A stretch of DNA of 64,000 nucleotides from Chrysomallon squamiferum (taxonomy: Eukaryota; Animalia; Mollusca), in assembly GCA_012295275.1 (NCBI GenBank), contig CM022665.1, forward strand, positions 18,352,001-18,416,000, written 5' to 3'. Positions 50,785-64,000 of the stretch are shown here, piece by piece (the stretch's first letter is position 1; each line of letters opens with the position of its first letter). Both the position numbers and the translations under genes were made by a program. The notes below the pieces were generated by a model. It did not search any database and was not told the origin of the DNA. It saw only the letters and a list, made by a program, of their open reading frames with translations.

Positions 50785-53700
50785 TTTGTAACCAATATAT
50801 GCAAAGGTATACTTTCTCCTAGTTGATTTGTATCACTGACTCCCTGTTTGAAAGGGTTAGCATGTGTTACTAATCTGAAAGTGGAACAATGTACAGACTG
50901 ATAAAATATTTCATTCTGAGATTGATTTGGAATGGAATTTCATTAACCCTTTGTATTTCATAAATACATAATTATTATTATTATTATTATTATTTTTTTT
51001 TTTTTTTTTCATTCTTGATAACCCCATAACTTCATAGAAATTGAAGTAGAATTTGGGTATATGTATTAAACCAGTATACATGTTTTAGCAAAAAATGTAC
51101 AACAGAATAAATCCTTTTTATGTCGAGGACAAGTACTGAAATCAAGGATATGTTATAAGATTTACAGTATAATTGTTTTACATTAACTTTCCATTTCATT
51201 TACTCTGTTGAATACACACCATAGCTTTACCAGGTAAAAATAATAATGTGTGAAAAAAAAAAGGCAAGATCAGGATAATACAATTGATTGCTCAAAACAT
51301 TTTACCGGTGATCTAATTTAAATATTTTGTTAAGCTGCCTTCCTATTATTATTATAATTTGTTTTGTTTGTTGTTAGAAAACTGTTTTTTTCTTCTTCTT
51401 TTTTTTTTTTTTTTTGTCTAACTTGTTCAGTGATTAGGTGTGATGGGGGAAAAAAAAAATATCCACCAGTTCAAACAATTGTCACTCTGCTTAAAAACAG
51501 AAACAAAAATTCATTTTTCTGTTATTTAGATTTAAGAATTCTGAATACCATTTAACCAATAAATGTTCAAAGACTGAGTATTTAATTTTCATAATAATTA
51601 ACATGGTAGCTGTTGAATATGACATTTTATTACAAAGGGCAGCTGGCTCAATCAGAAGTGTGGCCCCTTGTATATATATTTTAATGTTTTGTATACAGGC
51701 ACATTAATGCATAATAAGTGTATTGATTTAAAATGACAGTGTATTTAGTTCTTATAATAGTAGTGATGATGATAATGATACTGATAATATTTTTATTATT
51801 ACTACTATTATCATTACTACTACTACTATTTATTATTGTTATTATTACTGCTACTACTATCTGTTACTATTATTACTATTATTATCAGCATCGTCATTAT
51901 AAAAATGAACTGAATAGTAGACTAAACAGATTTAGTAGATAATTCTTCTAAATGGGAGATGAAATTTTGTTCTCAATTTCTAGGATTTCAGCTCAAATTA
52001 CTGTATATGATGAACAACTTAAAATCTACAGCCTACTTCAAAATTACAAGATAAAACTGTTTTATTTCAGAGTGATTTAATTTTTCCTAGCAGTTTAGTG
52101 CTCATTATAATTGTATCTTTAGTATTGTAACCCTTGGTTTTCTGTGAAATTGTAGTTATTTAGTGTAGCAGTATAAAAATATCAAAACATCAGCATTAAA
52201 AGTGGGAGGGTTATTAATAAATTGGAGATTGTGAAAAGGTAGGTTGGCCAATTTCTTTGTTGATGTGCAAAATTAATTTGTATTAGAGGAGTGGGAGGGA
52301 TGTTAATTAATTGTAGATTGCGAGAAGGTTGACCAGTTTCTTTGATGAAGTGGGTCATAATTTGGTTATGAATGGGTTAAGTTGGAATTTGTGAATAGAG
52401 GGTATCAATCTACTTTTAGGGAGAAATTTTGTGTATCGTTTTAGTTTGATAATAGAGTGAGGGATATGACTTCTGTACTTAACTACATATTTTGTTTTGG
52501 CTAACAGAGCAAGTTAATTTTTCAATAAACATGACTTGGCTGCTTCTGTTATAGTCAAGATAGTACCTTTTTTTTTTTTTTTTTTTTTCCCCCAGATGTA
52601 ACCTGTTGAAAACAAATTTTGTAAACTGTAATTTCCTAATTACTGCTACTACAACTATGGTATGTTTTTCAATAGCAACAGCAAAACTGGCTTCTTATTA
52701 GACGTGTGTGCCTTGTTGCACATTTATATACAGAAATAAATAAATAACTAAATAATAATGATAATAGCAATAAGAAGAAGAAGAATTACAATTTAAAAAT
52801 CATTACAATAATAATTTGGTTTTCATTGTTAACTTTATTAAGAAGGTGAGCTGACATAAAAACAAGCAGAGTATCTTGATTAGGTTAAAATCACAAGACT
52901 GTAAGGTGGGTGGTTGAAAAACTGGATTAGGTGGGCAAGTTAGATGGGTGACCTGATAATGGTGTAAATCTGATGCATGTGGGTTTGAGTCATTTGGTGG
53001 GTACCTGTTGTCATGATGCTATCATAATCTCAGGTTTGGTTTCTAGTCAGCCTAGCATGTAAAGGGTTAAATGTGATTAACTGAACTTAATGAAATCACT
53101 GGTGATTAATTGTTAATATTTTTTCTCTAATATTGTTGAACAATACTTGTATTATTATTATTATTATTATTACCTGTTTCGCCATAATCACCATGTTTAC
53201 TGTTGTTACTTATACTGTTTTGTTACTTCAAACCATTTTTTTTCTCTAATATACACCAAGGTCACAAAGAGTGATGGCAAAGACAAGATGTTAATTTTGT
53301 TTTGTTTTAAATGTAAAAGAAACTGGAAGAGATTATTTATAAAAAAAAAAAAAAATTGTTATTACCCCACCTGGTTTGCTTAAAAATTCAGCTGACAACA
53401 CATTTAAATGGAACAGTTGCAAAATATATTGTTACTGCTGTGCCTAAGATGCAAGAGAAAGAAAAGTTTTATTTTAAACTCAAAATATCCGACATAAAGA
53501 TGTAAATTTATATTTGTTACATTCAGTCGTGATCTGTTTTTCTGGATGTTACATGACTCTGATTCATGACATTGTAAATTTAGATGATGATTGTTCTCAT
53601 CATTTATATCATTTGTAAAATGTTCAGCATTTCATGTTTCTTCCATCTAATTTTCAGTGTTGTGCAGTATTTAACTGGTCACAAATTCTTTGTTTCTCAC

Positions 53701-54740
53701 CAGTTATTGTGTCTAGTGAATTATAAAAATATATTGTTTGCACATGTTGAAAAACAAAGAAATATGTATATATTTCTTTACCAGTGGTGCTTGTAATTTT
53801 TCATGTCTTGGAATTTTATAATTTTCCTTTTAGGCCATATTGAAAAACAAAATTGTTTCTTGTGAAAACATTCCATGTTATAAGCAAAAAAGTGTTTTGT
53901 TCATGCCTTTATTTTACTTTTATTTTATTTTTATTTTCATTTTTTTTTTTTTTTTAATTATATATCTTCAGTCACAATTCATTTAAAAAACCCGTTAAAT
54001 TCTGCTTTTTGATTTTCAGAAGTAAACTATTATTGTGGCTTATAAAGTGAACAGTGTAATTATCTTCCATGATTTAGGCAACTGCAGAATTTAAAGAAAT
54101 AAAATATTTCTTGTATGAGAAACAATTTGTTATTTTAATGTGGCCTTTTCTGGGACTAGCCTAAAATATAAACTACCTTCAGTCATTTCTACTTCATTGT
54201 TTTAAATCTTTTCCAATTTGTTATAAATTATTTCAGTTCTGAAAACACCAGGAATAATGCTACAATAATATAATGGGCTTTTTTTGTGGTGGGGGGGGGG
54301 TTGTTCTTTCATCTTTTTTTTTTTCTTTGGGTTTCAGTAAGCTCTGTTAAAGGTATAAAACTTAAGTCATCTTTATTTTATTTGTTTCTGTTACTTATGA
54401 TTGATGAGAACCTCTGTGGTTATACATAATGTTTAGTCTCTCGATTCATAATGCTGCACGGAATAAAAAGAATATATTTTGTTTTTCTTTTGCTCAACAT
54501 GCACATAAATATGACTATTTGTTCTGATTGTAAAACTCTATTTTTGGATCAAAAAGAAGAAAAAAAAAGAAGAAAAAAGAAGCTCAAGCCTGTGAATCCA
54601 TATTGGCAAAACAGTGAACTGTTAATTCTACGAACCTTGGAATAGTGTGTTCTGTTCGTATTGTGAGTGACTGAAAGGTTTCCATGTACGCTAAGCTCGA
54701 CTTGGCTACTCTCTGTAATAATGTGATGAGCTTTTCCAAG

Positions 54741-54790
54741 AATAAACTATTTTGAGCTTAAAAATATTGTTTGTGGGCTTTTGTTTTGTT
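54741..54790 (+). terminator. Candidate distal polyadenylation signal of TENT5
   Basis: AATAAA at 54741-54746 followed about 20 nt later by a GU/U-rich downstream element (ttgtttgtgggctttttgttttgttgtc), at the end of a non-repetitive block. Confidence 0.4.
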
Positions 54791-54896
54791 GTCTCAAAGT
54801 CTGCATGTCTTGGTAATAGTTTTTACTTTAATAGTGGTTATGTGTTAAAATCATAAAAATTATATCTATATCTTTATCTGTCTATCCATCTATTTA

Positions 54897-54930
<34 letters not shown>

Positions 54931-55374
54931 ATTTTCTCTGTCAAGTCTGTCTTTGTCTCTCACTCATCTCTCAAGTTTCTCTCTGTCTGCTTCTCTATCT
55001 TTTCAGGCTTTCCTCATGTCTCTTATTCACACTCTATACACAGCATGTTTTTGCGCCTCTAAAATCTAAAAAAAAAAAATAATAAAAAAATAATAATAAT
55101 ATATATATATATATATAGAAGACAAAAAATCAATATTAAAAAAACATCATTCTCTTTGGATATTATAAAAAAACAAAAGACATTCTTGTTGTTATAAATA
55201 TTTTAAATCATGTTGTAATTAAAGGACTAATTTAAGTTACCAGTAATGTTTGTCTGTTAACACTGCTCATGATGAAACATGGTTGTTTGTCTTTCATCAC
55301 CACCAGTGTTAACACAGGAACATTGTGTTAGTGTTGAAACGTAATTGTTGATTTGACACATCTGACAAATGTCC

Positions 55375-55479
55375 ACTCAATATTTTGCCAATTTTTTTCT
55401 AAACTTCAAGTGCAGATTTTATATATATATATATAATCTGCACTTGAAGTTTAGAAAAAAAAAAGGCAAAATATTGAGT
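55375..55479. repeat. Near-perfect 105-bp palindrome centred on (TA)n
   Basis: ACTCAATATTTTGCC..TTTTTTTCTAAACTTCAAGTGCAGATT-(TA)n-AATCTGCACTTGAAGTTTAGAAAAAAA..GGCAAAATATTGAGT. Confidence 0.92.
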
Positions 55480-55575
55480 AAAACATCTGATAAAAGATTA
55501 ATCTAAATCAGTAACAATAAAAAAATTCTTTGTGATTATGGCCTTTTCATTTAACTATTGAAATTAACTGGAGAA

Positions 55576-55629
<54 letters not shown>

Positions 55630-55636
55630 GATAATG

Positions 55637-55669
<33 letters not shown>

Positions 55670-55972
55670 TAATAATGATAGTAATAACTAATAAAAACTA
55701 ATTTAAATTATAATAAAATAATAAAAGTACTAAATAAGGTAAACAACAACAACAATAACAAAGGAGTAATAATAAACTAATAATTAAAATAGTAGTAATA
55801 ATTAATAATCTATGGAAGGTATATTCTAATGATAGAAGTTTTACTCGACACTCTTTTTTTAAATTTATTAACGTTTACTTTTTATTATTTTAAAACTGAA
55901 CAATCATTGTCAAATTACACTTCTCACACAAATTCAACAAAGGAGCTGCTACAAGTTTAATAAACACTCCAT

Positions 55973-56007
<35 letters not shown>

Positions 56008-56644
56008 AGAAAAATTTCTGATTTGCTTTAATCAGAGAATAATAATGCATGTCATGGATTTAGAGAATTCAAAATACTTGTCACAAAGTAATTCGTGGGT
56101 TAGTAAGCCTCCAGGCCTTAAGGGAATAATTAAGCACAGTATCATTTCTCCTTGCTGTATAACTCGTACATCTATTTCCCAATCCAACCACAGATCTTAG
56201 GTTTAGCAAAGATCATGAAATGTGATGTCCTAGTGAAAGCAGCAGGCTTTTCAACACAAAAAATCACATCCCCATAAAAATTAAAATTAAAATAAAAATA
56301 AAAATAAAAAATCTTACAAAATATATATGAAGTATCATTAAGCAAAAATAGATTTTTGTATTCCAAACTGTCAAAATGTTAACTCAGGTCTCCCTTTAAA
56401 ATGTTCATAAATATTATTAAATGTGTTTGCACGTTGTACTGGTTTTTGAAGCAGTTGTTACATTCAGCAGTGGACTGTCAGACTTCTAACACTTTTGTGT
56501 GAAGACTGCGAAAGAATTATCCTGCCCATTTATTGTTGGTGAAAGTTCCTAACTGGATTTACAACTTAAAAAGAGCTCGGTTGAGAAAAGATTAGTTGAG
56601 AAACCAAACAGGAAGTGAAAATGAACCAAGAAGATAAGATGTCC

Positions 56645-58432
56645 AATGTAATAAAGGATTTTATCATACACACTAATTCACACAATGTAATAAAGAATTT
56701 TATCACAAACACACTGATTCACACAATGTAATAAATTATTTTATCACACACACTGATTTACACAGTGTAATAACTGATTTTATCATACACATCCACACAA
56801 TGTAATAAACAATTTTATCACACACTCACAGATTGTAATGAATAATTTTATCACACACACTGATTCCACAGTAAATGATTTATCACACACTGATTCATAC
56901 AATATAATAAATTATTTTATCACATACACTGATTCACACAGTGTAATAAAGATTTTATCATGCACACTGATTCACACAATGTAATAAATGATTTTATCAC
57001 AGAATGTAATAAATGATTTTATCACAAAATGTATTAAATTATTTTATTACACACACTGATTTACAAAGTGTAATAAACGATTTTATTACACACATTCCCA
57101 CACTGTAATAAATAATCATTACATTGTGTGAATCAGTGTGTATGATAAAATTCTTTACTACATTGTGTGGTTGTGTGTGATAAAATCATTTATTACATTG
57201 TGTGAATCACTGTGTATGATAAAATCCTTTATTATATTGTGTGAATCAGTGTGTATGATACAATCATTTAATACACTGTGTGAATCAGTGTGTATGATAA
57301 AATCATTTATTACATTGTGTGAATCACTGTGTATGATAAAATCATTTATTATATTGTGTGAATCAGTGTGTATGATAAAATCATTTATTACATTGTGTGA
57401 ATCACTGTGTCTGATAAAATCATTTATTACATTGTGTGAATCAGTGTGTCTGATAAAATCATTGTGTGTGATAAAATCATTTATTACATTGTGTGAATCA
57501 GTGTGTGTGATACAATCATTTATTACATTGTGTGAATCAGTGTGTGATAAAAATCATTTATTACACTGTATGAATCAGTGTGTATGATAAAATCATTTAT
57601 TACCTTGTGTGAATCAGTGTGTATGATATTATCAGTTACTACACTGTGTGAATCAGTGTGTGTGATATTATCAGTTACTACACTGTGTGAATCAGTGTGT
57701 GTGATATTATCAGTTACTACACTGTGTGAATCAGTGTGTGATATTATCAGTTACTACACTGTGTGAATCAGTGTGTGTGATATTATCAGTTACTACACTG
57801 TGTGAATCAGTGTGTGTGATATTATCAGTTATTACACTGTGTGAATCACTGTGTATGATAAAATCATTTATTATATTGTGTGAATCAGTGTGTATGATAA
57901 AATCATTTATTACATTGTGTGAATCACTGTGTCTGATAAAATCATTTATTACATTGTGTGAATCAGTGTGTCTGATAAAATCATTGTGTGTGATAAAATC
58001 ATTTATTACATTGTGTGAATCAGTGTGTGTGATAAAAATCATTTATTACACTGTATGAATCAGTGTGTATGATAAAATCATTTATTACCTTGTGTGAATC
58101 AGTGTGTATGATATTATCAGTTACTACACTGTGTGAATCAGTGTGTGTGATAAAATCATTTATTACCTTGTGTGAATCAGTGTGTATGATATTATCAGTT
58201 ACTACACTGTGTGAATCAGTGTGTGTGATATTATCAGTTACTACACTGTGTGAATCAGTGTGTATATTATCAGTTACTACATTGTGTGAATCAGTGTGTA
58301 TGATATTATCAGTTATTACACTGTGTGAATCAGTGTGTATGATATTATCAGTTATTACACTGTGTGAATCAGTGTGTGTTATAAAATTATGTATTACATT
58401 GTGTAATAAAATCATATATTACATTGTATGAA
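56645..58432. repeat. 39-bp minisatellite array with an internal orientation switch at about 57115
   Basis: Unit ACATTGTGTGAATCAGTGTGTATGATAAAATCATTTATT over 57116-58432; its reverse complement over 56645-57115; explains the 13-aa-repeat ORFs. Confidence 0.93.
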
Positions 58433-58516
58433 TGTTATTTGTGTGTCCGTGCGCTGTATGTTTTTGTGTGTGTATCTGCATATATATATATCTGGGTGTA
58501 TGTGTGTATGTGTGTG

Positions 58517-58553
<37 letters not shown>

Positions 58554-60300
58554 GGGGAGAACACATCTTTGATATGCCAGTCATGGATTATTGACGGAAA
58601 CAATAAAACAGCCCACTAAAGAGTGTTGAACGCAAGCTTCAAGCAACTGATTGGGAATAAGAGCCAATTCTCTGGCAGATAAATCTCTGATGACAGGATG
58701 GGTGATGTATTTTGATATCTTCTTGAAGTAAGGATAGCGAAAGCAGGGACAGAACTACGCTTGTTTCAAGGGGGGTCTCAGTCAGCAAATGTAAACAGAA
58801 ACTTTTCGTTTTATGACTATACATAAGAGAATAATGTAGCACCATTATATTTCATTATTAAATAATAATAACAATAACAACAACAATAATAATAATAAAA
58901 ATAGTAATACTACTACTGCTAATAATAATAATAATAATAATAAATCACAATCTGCTTGAATCTAAAAATAATTTTGTTTCAGTGTTATACACACAATGCA
59001 TTTTATATAAGCAGATGAAACAAAAGAATCTCTTCATTCAGGAAAGACAAGGGGGGGCGGGGTTGTCGGGGATCTCTGGATCTGCTCCTGGTATCATTTC
59101 AAACTTGTTTCCACAAACACATTGCCGTTTTTCTTTATGCGTTGTTTAACGCGAGAGATAAAATATTTTCTTGGATTTTTGACAAAGCAGTTAGGAAGAG
59201 TATAAAGACGAGATGGTTTGTATTACTTTCTTTTAACACACGTCTTAACAGTCGCGCAGACCTTTCGTTGCTAAACGGATTAGATTAGCTAAGTGAAAAC
59301 AAAGAAAAAAATAATTTCTCTACAAAGATAAAGACGTTTTTATGGCTTAGTTTTCATTTGAACTTAAGTGATTTCGATTCGATTCATTAATACATTTGAG
59401 TTAATTTAATTTAATTATTTATCACTTAAAGGAAAGAGTCTTTGTCTCCAAAACATATATATATACACATGCGTGAATACATACAAACACATACACACAC
59501 ACAAACATATTTACACAGATGCATACATAAGACTGATATATACACAAAAATACACAAACATATATAGAAAAATATGCACACAAATAAATATTTATATACT
59601 TATACCTACATATATATATATATATAAAACAAACACACATACATCCAAAATATATGTACATAAATTCAGATGCAAACATTTCAGTTTAATAGATCACTTA
59701 AATACGTAAAAAAAAAAAAATAATAATAAAAAATTTAAAATATTAAAAAAACTAAACCATAACAATGACGAATAAAATAAAACAACATCAAATTAACTTT
59801 TATGACACAAAAATGGATTTAAAAAAAAAGAGAAATAAAGAAAATACCATATCATTTTTTTCAGATATTTCATTGCTAATAATATATGACTGCATTGAAA
59901 CATTTACAAAGTTTTTAAAATAAATTTAAAAATTAAAATTAAAAAGATAGCCTTCAAGAGATGTCTTAAATGGTTAAACAAAAAACGAAGAAAAAAAAAA
60001 TGTAGTAGACATTTTTTAATTACAGTAACATCTAACAATATCTGCAGTTTCCTACAGTAGTCATCAGAATTGTTATCTTTATTCAATCAACAATGCAGTA
60101 GTGTATACGCTCTCAAGGATTTTAATTTTTCCATGATAATTGTTTTCCATGCACTTTTGGATTTTTTCAACAAGTAACAGTCTGCCATTTTACTTTTCCA
60201 TAATGAAACAGGCCAAGCAGAAATGTGTTCCATTAGATAACAAATAATATATCTACATATATATCTACTTACATTATACAGCTTTAATTAATGTTTCACT

Positions 60301-60332
<32 letters not shown>

Positions 60333-60487
60333 CACACACATATTTACACGCGCGCGCGAACACAGATACATACATGTATATATTCACAGTAGGAAAAATA
60401 TGCAACTATACATATTAACAGCCATGTACTAGATAATCAAGGTGGCTCTTGTACATTGCAAACTGGGATAGATTCTTCTTAATTTTA

Positions 60488-60534
<47 letters not shown>

Positions 60535-63059
60535 ATTATTATTTTATTAAATTATTTATTTATATATTTATTTTATTTTATTTATTTTATTTTGTATTTT
60601 ATTATTTTTTAGTTAATAGTTTTTGTTCAGTGAAGTCTTTATCACAGCCACTGACTCCAGAATCAGGAGAATTGTAACAAAAATACTCGCCTTAATTTGC
60701 TGGGAGAGTTTTTCAAGAGGAACTGTGAACTGTTTTCAAAACGAAGAGTTCTAGGCAAAAAGTCTTTGGAAATATGATTTATCATTATTAGATTTACCAC
60801 TGTTAGATACATGGTTTTTTTTTTGTTATATCTCACATAAACGGATATTATGTAATCAGAAATAACCAAACAATGTTGTTGTTTTTTTTGTTTTGTTTTT
60901 TATTAAATATGTACAAATTACAGAAAGAACTTGATAAATAAAAAATAAAAAAATAATAATGACAACAACAATAATAATAATAACAACAATAAAACAACAA
61001 TAATAATAGAAATAATAATCATATTAATAATAACAATTATAACAATAATAATAATGAAAACAACAGCAATAATAATAATAATAATAAACAAATTAAAATA
61101 TACAATTAACAGTGACAGAGAGAACAAAATACTGAGAGAACTGTCCTTCTGTTCGTGAACTTTTGTCTCTCTATGTAGGTCATAACAGATTATAAATGAA
61201 TCATTTAGACATGGATTTTTCTAATAAGCTTTCTAATATTTCAGGGAACACAAAACAACAAAAACAAACAAACAACAACAAACAAAAACAAAAAAAACGA
61301 ACTAAAAATGTGATAGATTATTTACTACTTCGAAGTCTTCTTTGAACAAAGAAGTAAAAATATATACTCAGGTCTTTGAAATCTGGTTATGAGACCCAGG
61401 TTGGAATTGGAAATATTCGCAAGATGAACTGAATAAAACTGATTTTATAACTAGTTGCATATCGGATCTATGTTTTAATAGAAGGAACACATCTTTTTGT
61501 ACCTGTGTGTTCGTGCATCTGTGTGTATGTGTTTACTCGTAATTTATGAATGCATGTGACTTTTTTGATTGTGTGTGTTTTCTGTGTATATGTCTGTATC
61601 ATTTAGGTATGTCTGTGTCTAAGTACTACGTATGTATCTACATGTATATTTATAAATGAATATTCTTTGTCTTATTTATGTACGCCTGACTAGACTCTGC
61701 ACATATACAGTATTCGGGAACGCACTGACACAGGAGGACAAATTTCGGTCACGACCTCACAAACCCCGTCATACGAAACTCGAACGTATGGCACCCATTT
61801 ACCCCCACTGCACAAGCCAACGACGAAACCATTCGTATGTATGTATATCTGTATGTGTGTCTGCGTATGTATCTAAGCATGTAAACGTACGAATGTAAGT
61901 ATATATTATGTATATATGCATGTGTGTATATAAATTTGTATGTATCTATGTATATGTATCTATGTGTGTGCTTATAAGTATGTATGAGTCTGTGTATGTA
62001 TCTGTGCGCCTTTTAAACATTGTTTTGTTTTAGTATGAAGGTATGATCATGTGTCTGTGTATGTATATATTTACATAATGCTACACACACATACACACAC
62101 GTATATAAATACACATTGATGTGTCATTTGTGTGTGTACACACGCGCAATTAAGCCACGGATAATTGATTTCTTACTGATGGCTATCTAGTATCGTTTTA
62201 CAGGACAAAAACCAAGTAAGATAAACTGTCCAGTTTAGCGTGCTTGGACTTCAGTCAGGTCTAACAGTAGATAATAATAATTAGTATCTATGTTAGGGAA
62301 TACAGTGCACGTTATACAGTAGGGGTGTAATAATCCCACTGAAAAATATTTGCTACTGAATGTGAAATTTAAAAGATCTGTAGAATTTTCTTAAAAATCA
62401 GATGAAACAACAACAACAACAACGACAACAACTACTACAATAATAATAATAAATAAATAAATAAAACAGAAAAGTATCAAATTAAATTAAATTAAATTAA
62501 GAAAACAACAAAAAAAAAAACGACCTTTCAATATCTAAAACAGTAAACAAAACGCTTTCCATCATTTCTACCACCCACATGTTCAGAAATCCCCTCCCAC
62601 CAAACTTCGGCATCAAAACAAATTAACTTTACGGTCACTTTATCGCTGGTAAAATAGTTCCCATACTTATTCCTCTTAGCGCGGCTTCAAAGTATTCAAA
62701 GTAAACTGATTCTGCGTTTTCCCTTCATTTAGCATTTAGCTGTGGGCTCCATTTGAATGATGTGAAATAAGAGAGGAGTTTTCTCTTAAACACAAGTTAG
62801 TTGAAGCGCCCTGTTAAACTCAGTGTTTGTTTATACAGAATTAGGTTGTCTGTTTAAACACGAGGTCTCCGGTCTCTTGGAGTATGTTGATCAACTGCAA
62901 ATGCGCATGCCGGACTGTATCCAGTACGAGCTTCTATTACTGTGGTTAACAACACTCAAGTATCTTGTTCATCTTGGTCCGTTTTCGGGTGAAATCTCTG
63001 TAAAGATTACTCGGTCAAAATAAACACTGACTTGAGACCTTTTTTTCTAGATTAGGTAG

Positions 63060-63093
<34 letters not shown>

Positions 63094-64000
63094 GTCGCGA
63101 ACATCTTGAGTAAATAAATAACAACGTATGGTGGATGGCAGTTGAGTAGGTTAAACTATTCAGTAAAGAAACCTTGAATAAATAAATGTAAGTGGAAAGT
63201 ATATGACATTACACAAGAATGTTTAATAATAATTTAACATAATCTATCGTACAAACAAATATGACATAAACACTCCAACCATCATAGCCTGACCTCGCTC
63301 GCTTTAGGACTACAAAATCTACGGAGCCATCACTCGATGATATATAAACCCAGTGCATTTTTACTAATGTACTTGAAATTAACTGGGTGACATGTACTAT
63401 CGGGATTTATTATTACCTGCAAGATTTAATTATTACGAATGTCAACAAGTAGGCATTTTTTATTTTTTTTTTTTTTTTTTTTTTTAAACAAATCACAGAA
63501 AACACGAAAATATAATTTTTAAAAATTGTCGATAAAAGATTTGTTATTGCTTGATTATAGAAAATGTTTGGGTGGTGAGACACTAAGCATACATTAACAA
63601 ATAATTATTTTTGTATCTGTTTCTACAATAACGTATACATCTAACATTTTTATTACGTTTTATATTGAATATTTCACGTACTTATTACCTTATTTTAAAT
63701 TATTACTTTATAAAATAAATAAATAAATAAATCAATAAAAATCTTTATACTGATATTAACATTTTTATATTTCTTAAAATTGCAGATTAAAAAAAATAAA
63801 TAAATAAATAAAAAGATCAGATCATTCGTTATATTTTCTAGGTAATATATCTATCATCCGTAAAGAAATATATTCATATAACCTTATTTCCTTACAAACA
63901 TATATATATATATATATATATATCCATTTCAACCAGACAATAATTAAAAATTAAACCTTTATGTGTCTGCGCGTATATATATATATATATATATATATAT

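Noticed and set aside
57116-58432. Cys-rich and His-rich repeat ORFs (CESVCMIKSFITL)n; superficially CRISPR-like or metallothionein-like
   Set aside because: These are translations of a 39-bp tandem unit. Frames break at indels, there are no unique spacers and no cas genes, and the context is eukaryotic.
31-63023. The many short ORFs rich in I/Y/L/C/V/H/T/R/E runs
   Set aside because: They are translations of (TTA)n, (CA)n, (GA)n, (TA)n and poly-A/T microsatellites
62700-63050. GC-richer block with a 66-aa ORF and an NRF1-like TGCGCATGC
   Set aside because: No recognisable protein motif or convincing splice structure; cannot tell promoter from TE fragment

Overview
This is AT-rich, microsatellite-dense eukaryotic DNA from an invertebrate animal, most likely a mollusc or gastropod judging from recalled repeat families (an inference). 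It carries two divergently oriented protein-coding genes. (1) Minus strand: a six-coding-exon glycosyltransferase family 7 gene of the B4GALT / bre-4 type (CDS 13873 to about 4316, about 395 aa). It has Ile at the Tyr289-equivalent position, which predicts GalNAc-transferase (LacdiNAc synthase) activity. One intron can only be GC-AG, the 5' UTR has uORFs, and a probable non-coding first exon ends at 20829. (2) Plus strand: a single-coding-exon TENT5/FAM46 non-canonical poly(A) polymerase (45032..46285, 417 aa). Upstream of it lies a CpG-retaining region of about 24 kb rich in CRE and E-box motifs, with several promoter-like clusters. Downstream is a possible 3' UTR of about 8.5 kb. The rest is introns and intergenic DNA with pogo/Tigger relics (one resembling mammalian Tigger4/MER46), SINE-like fragments, degenerate tandem arrays, local duplications, a 105-bp palindrome and a 39-bp minisatellite that inverts orientation mid-array. 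Nearly all other ORF-track entries are microsatellite artefacts. I found no prokaryotic system, CRISPR array or RNA gene, and cannot support a new multi-gene system.
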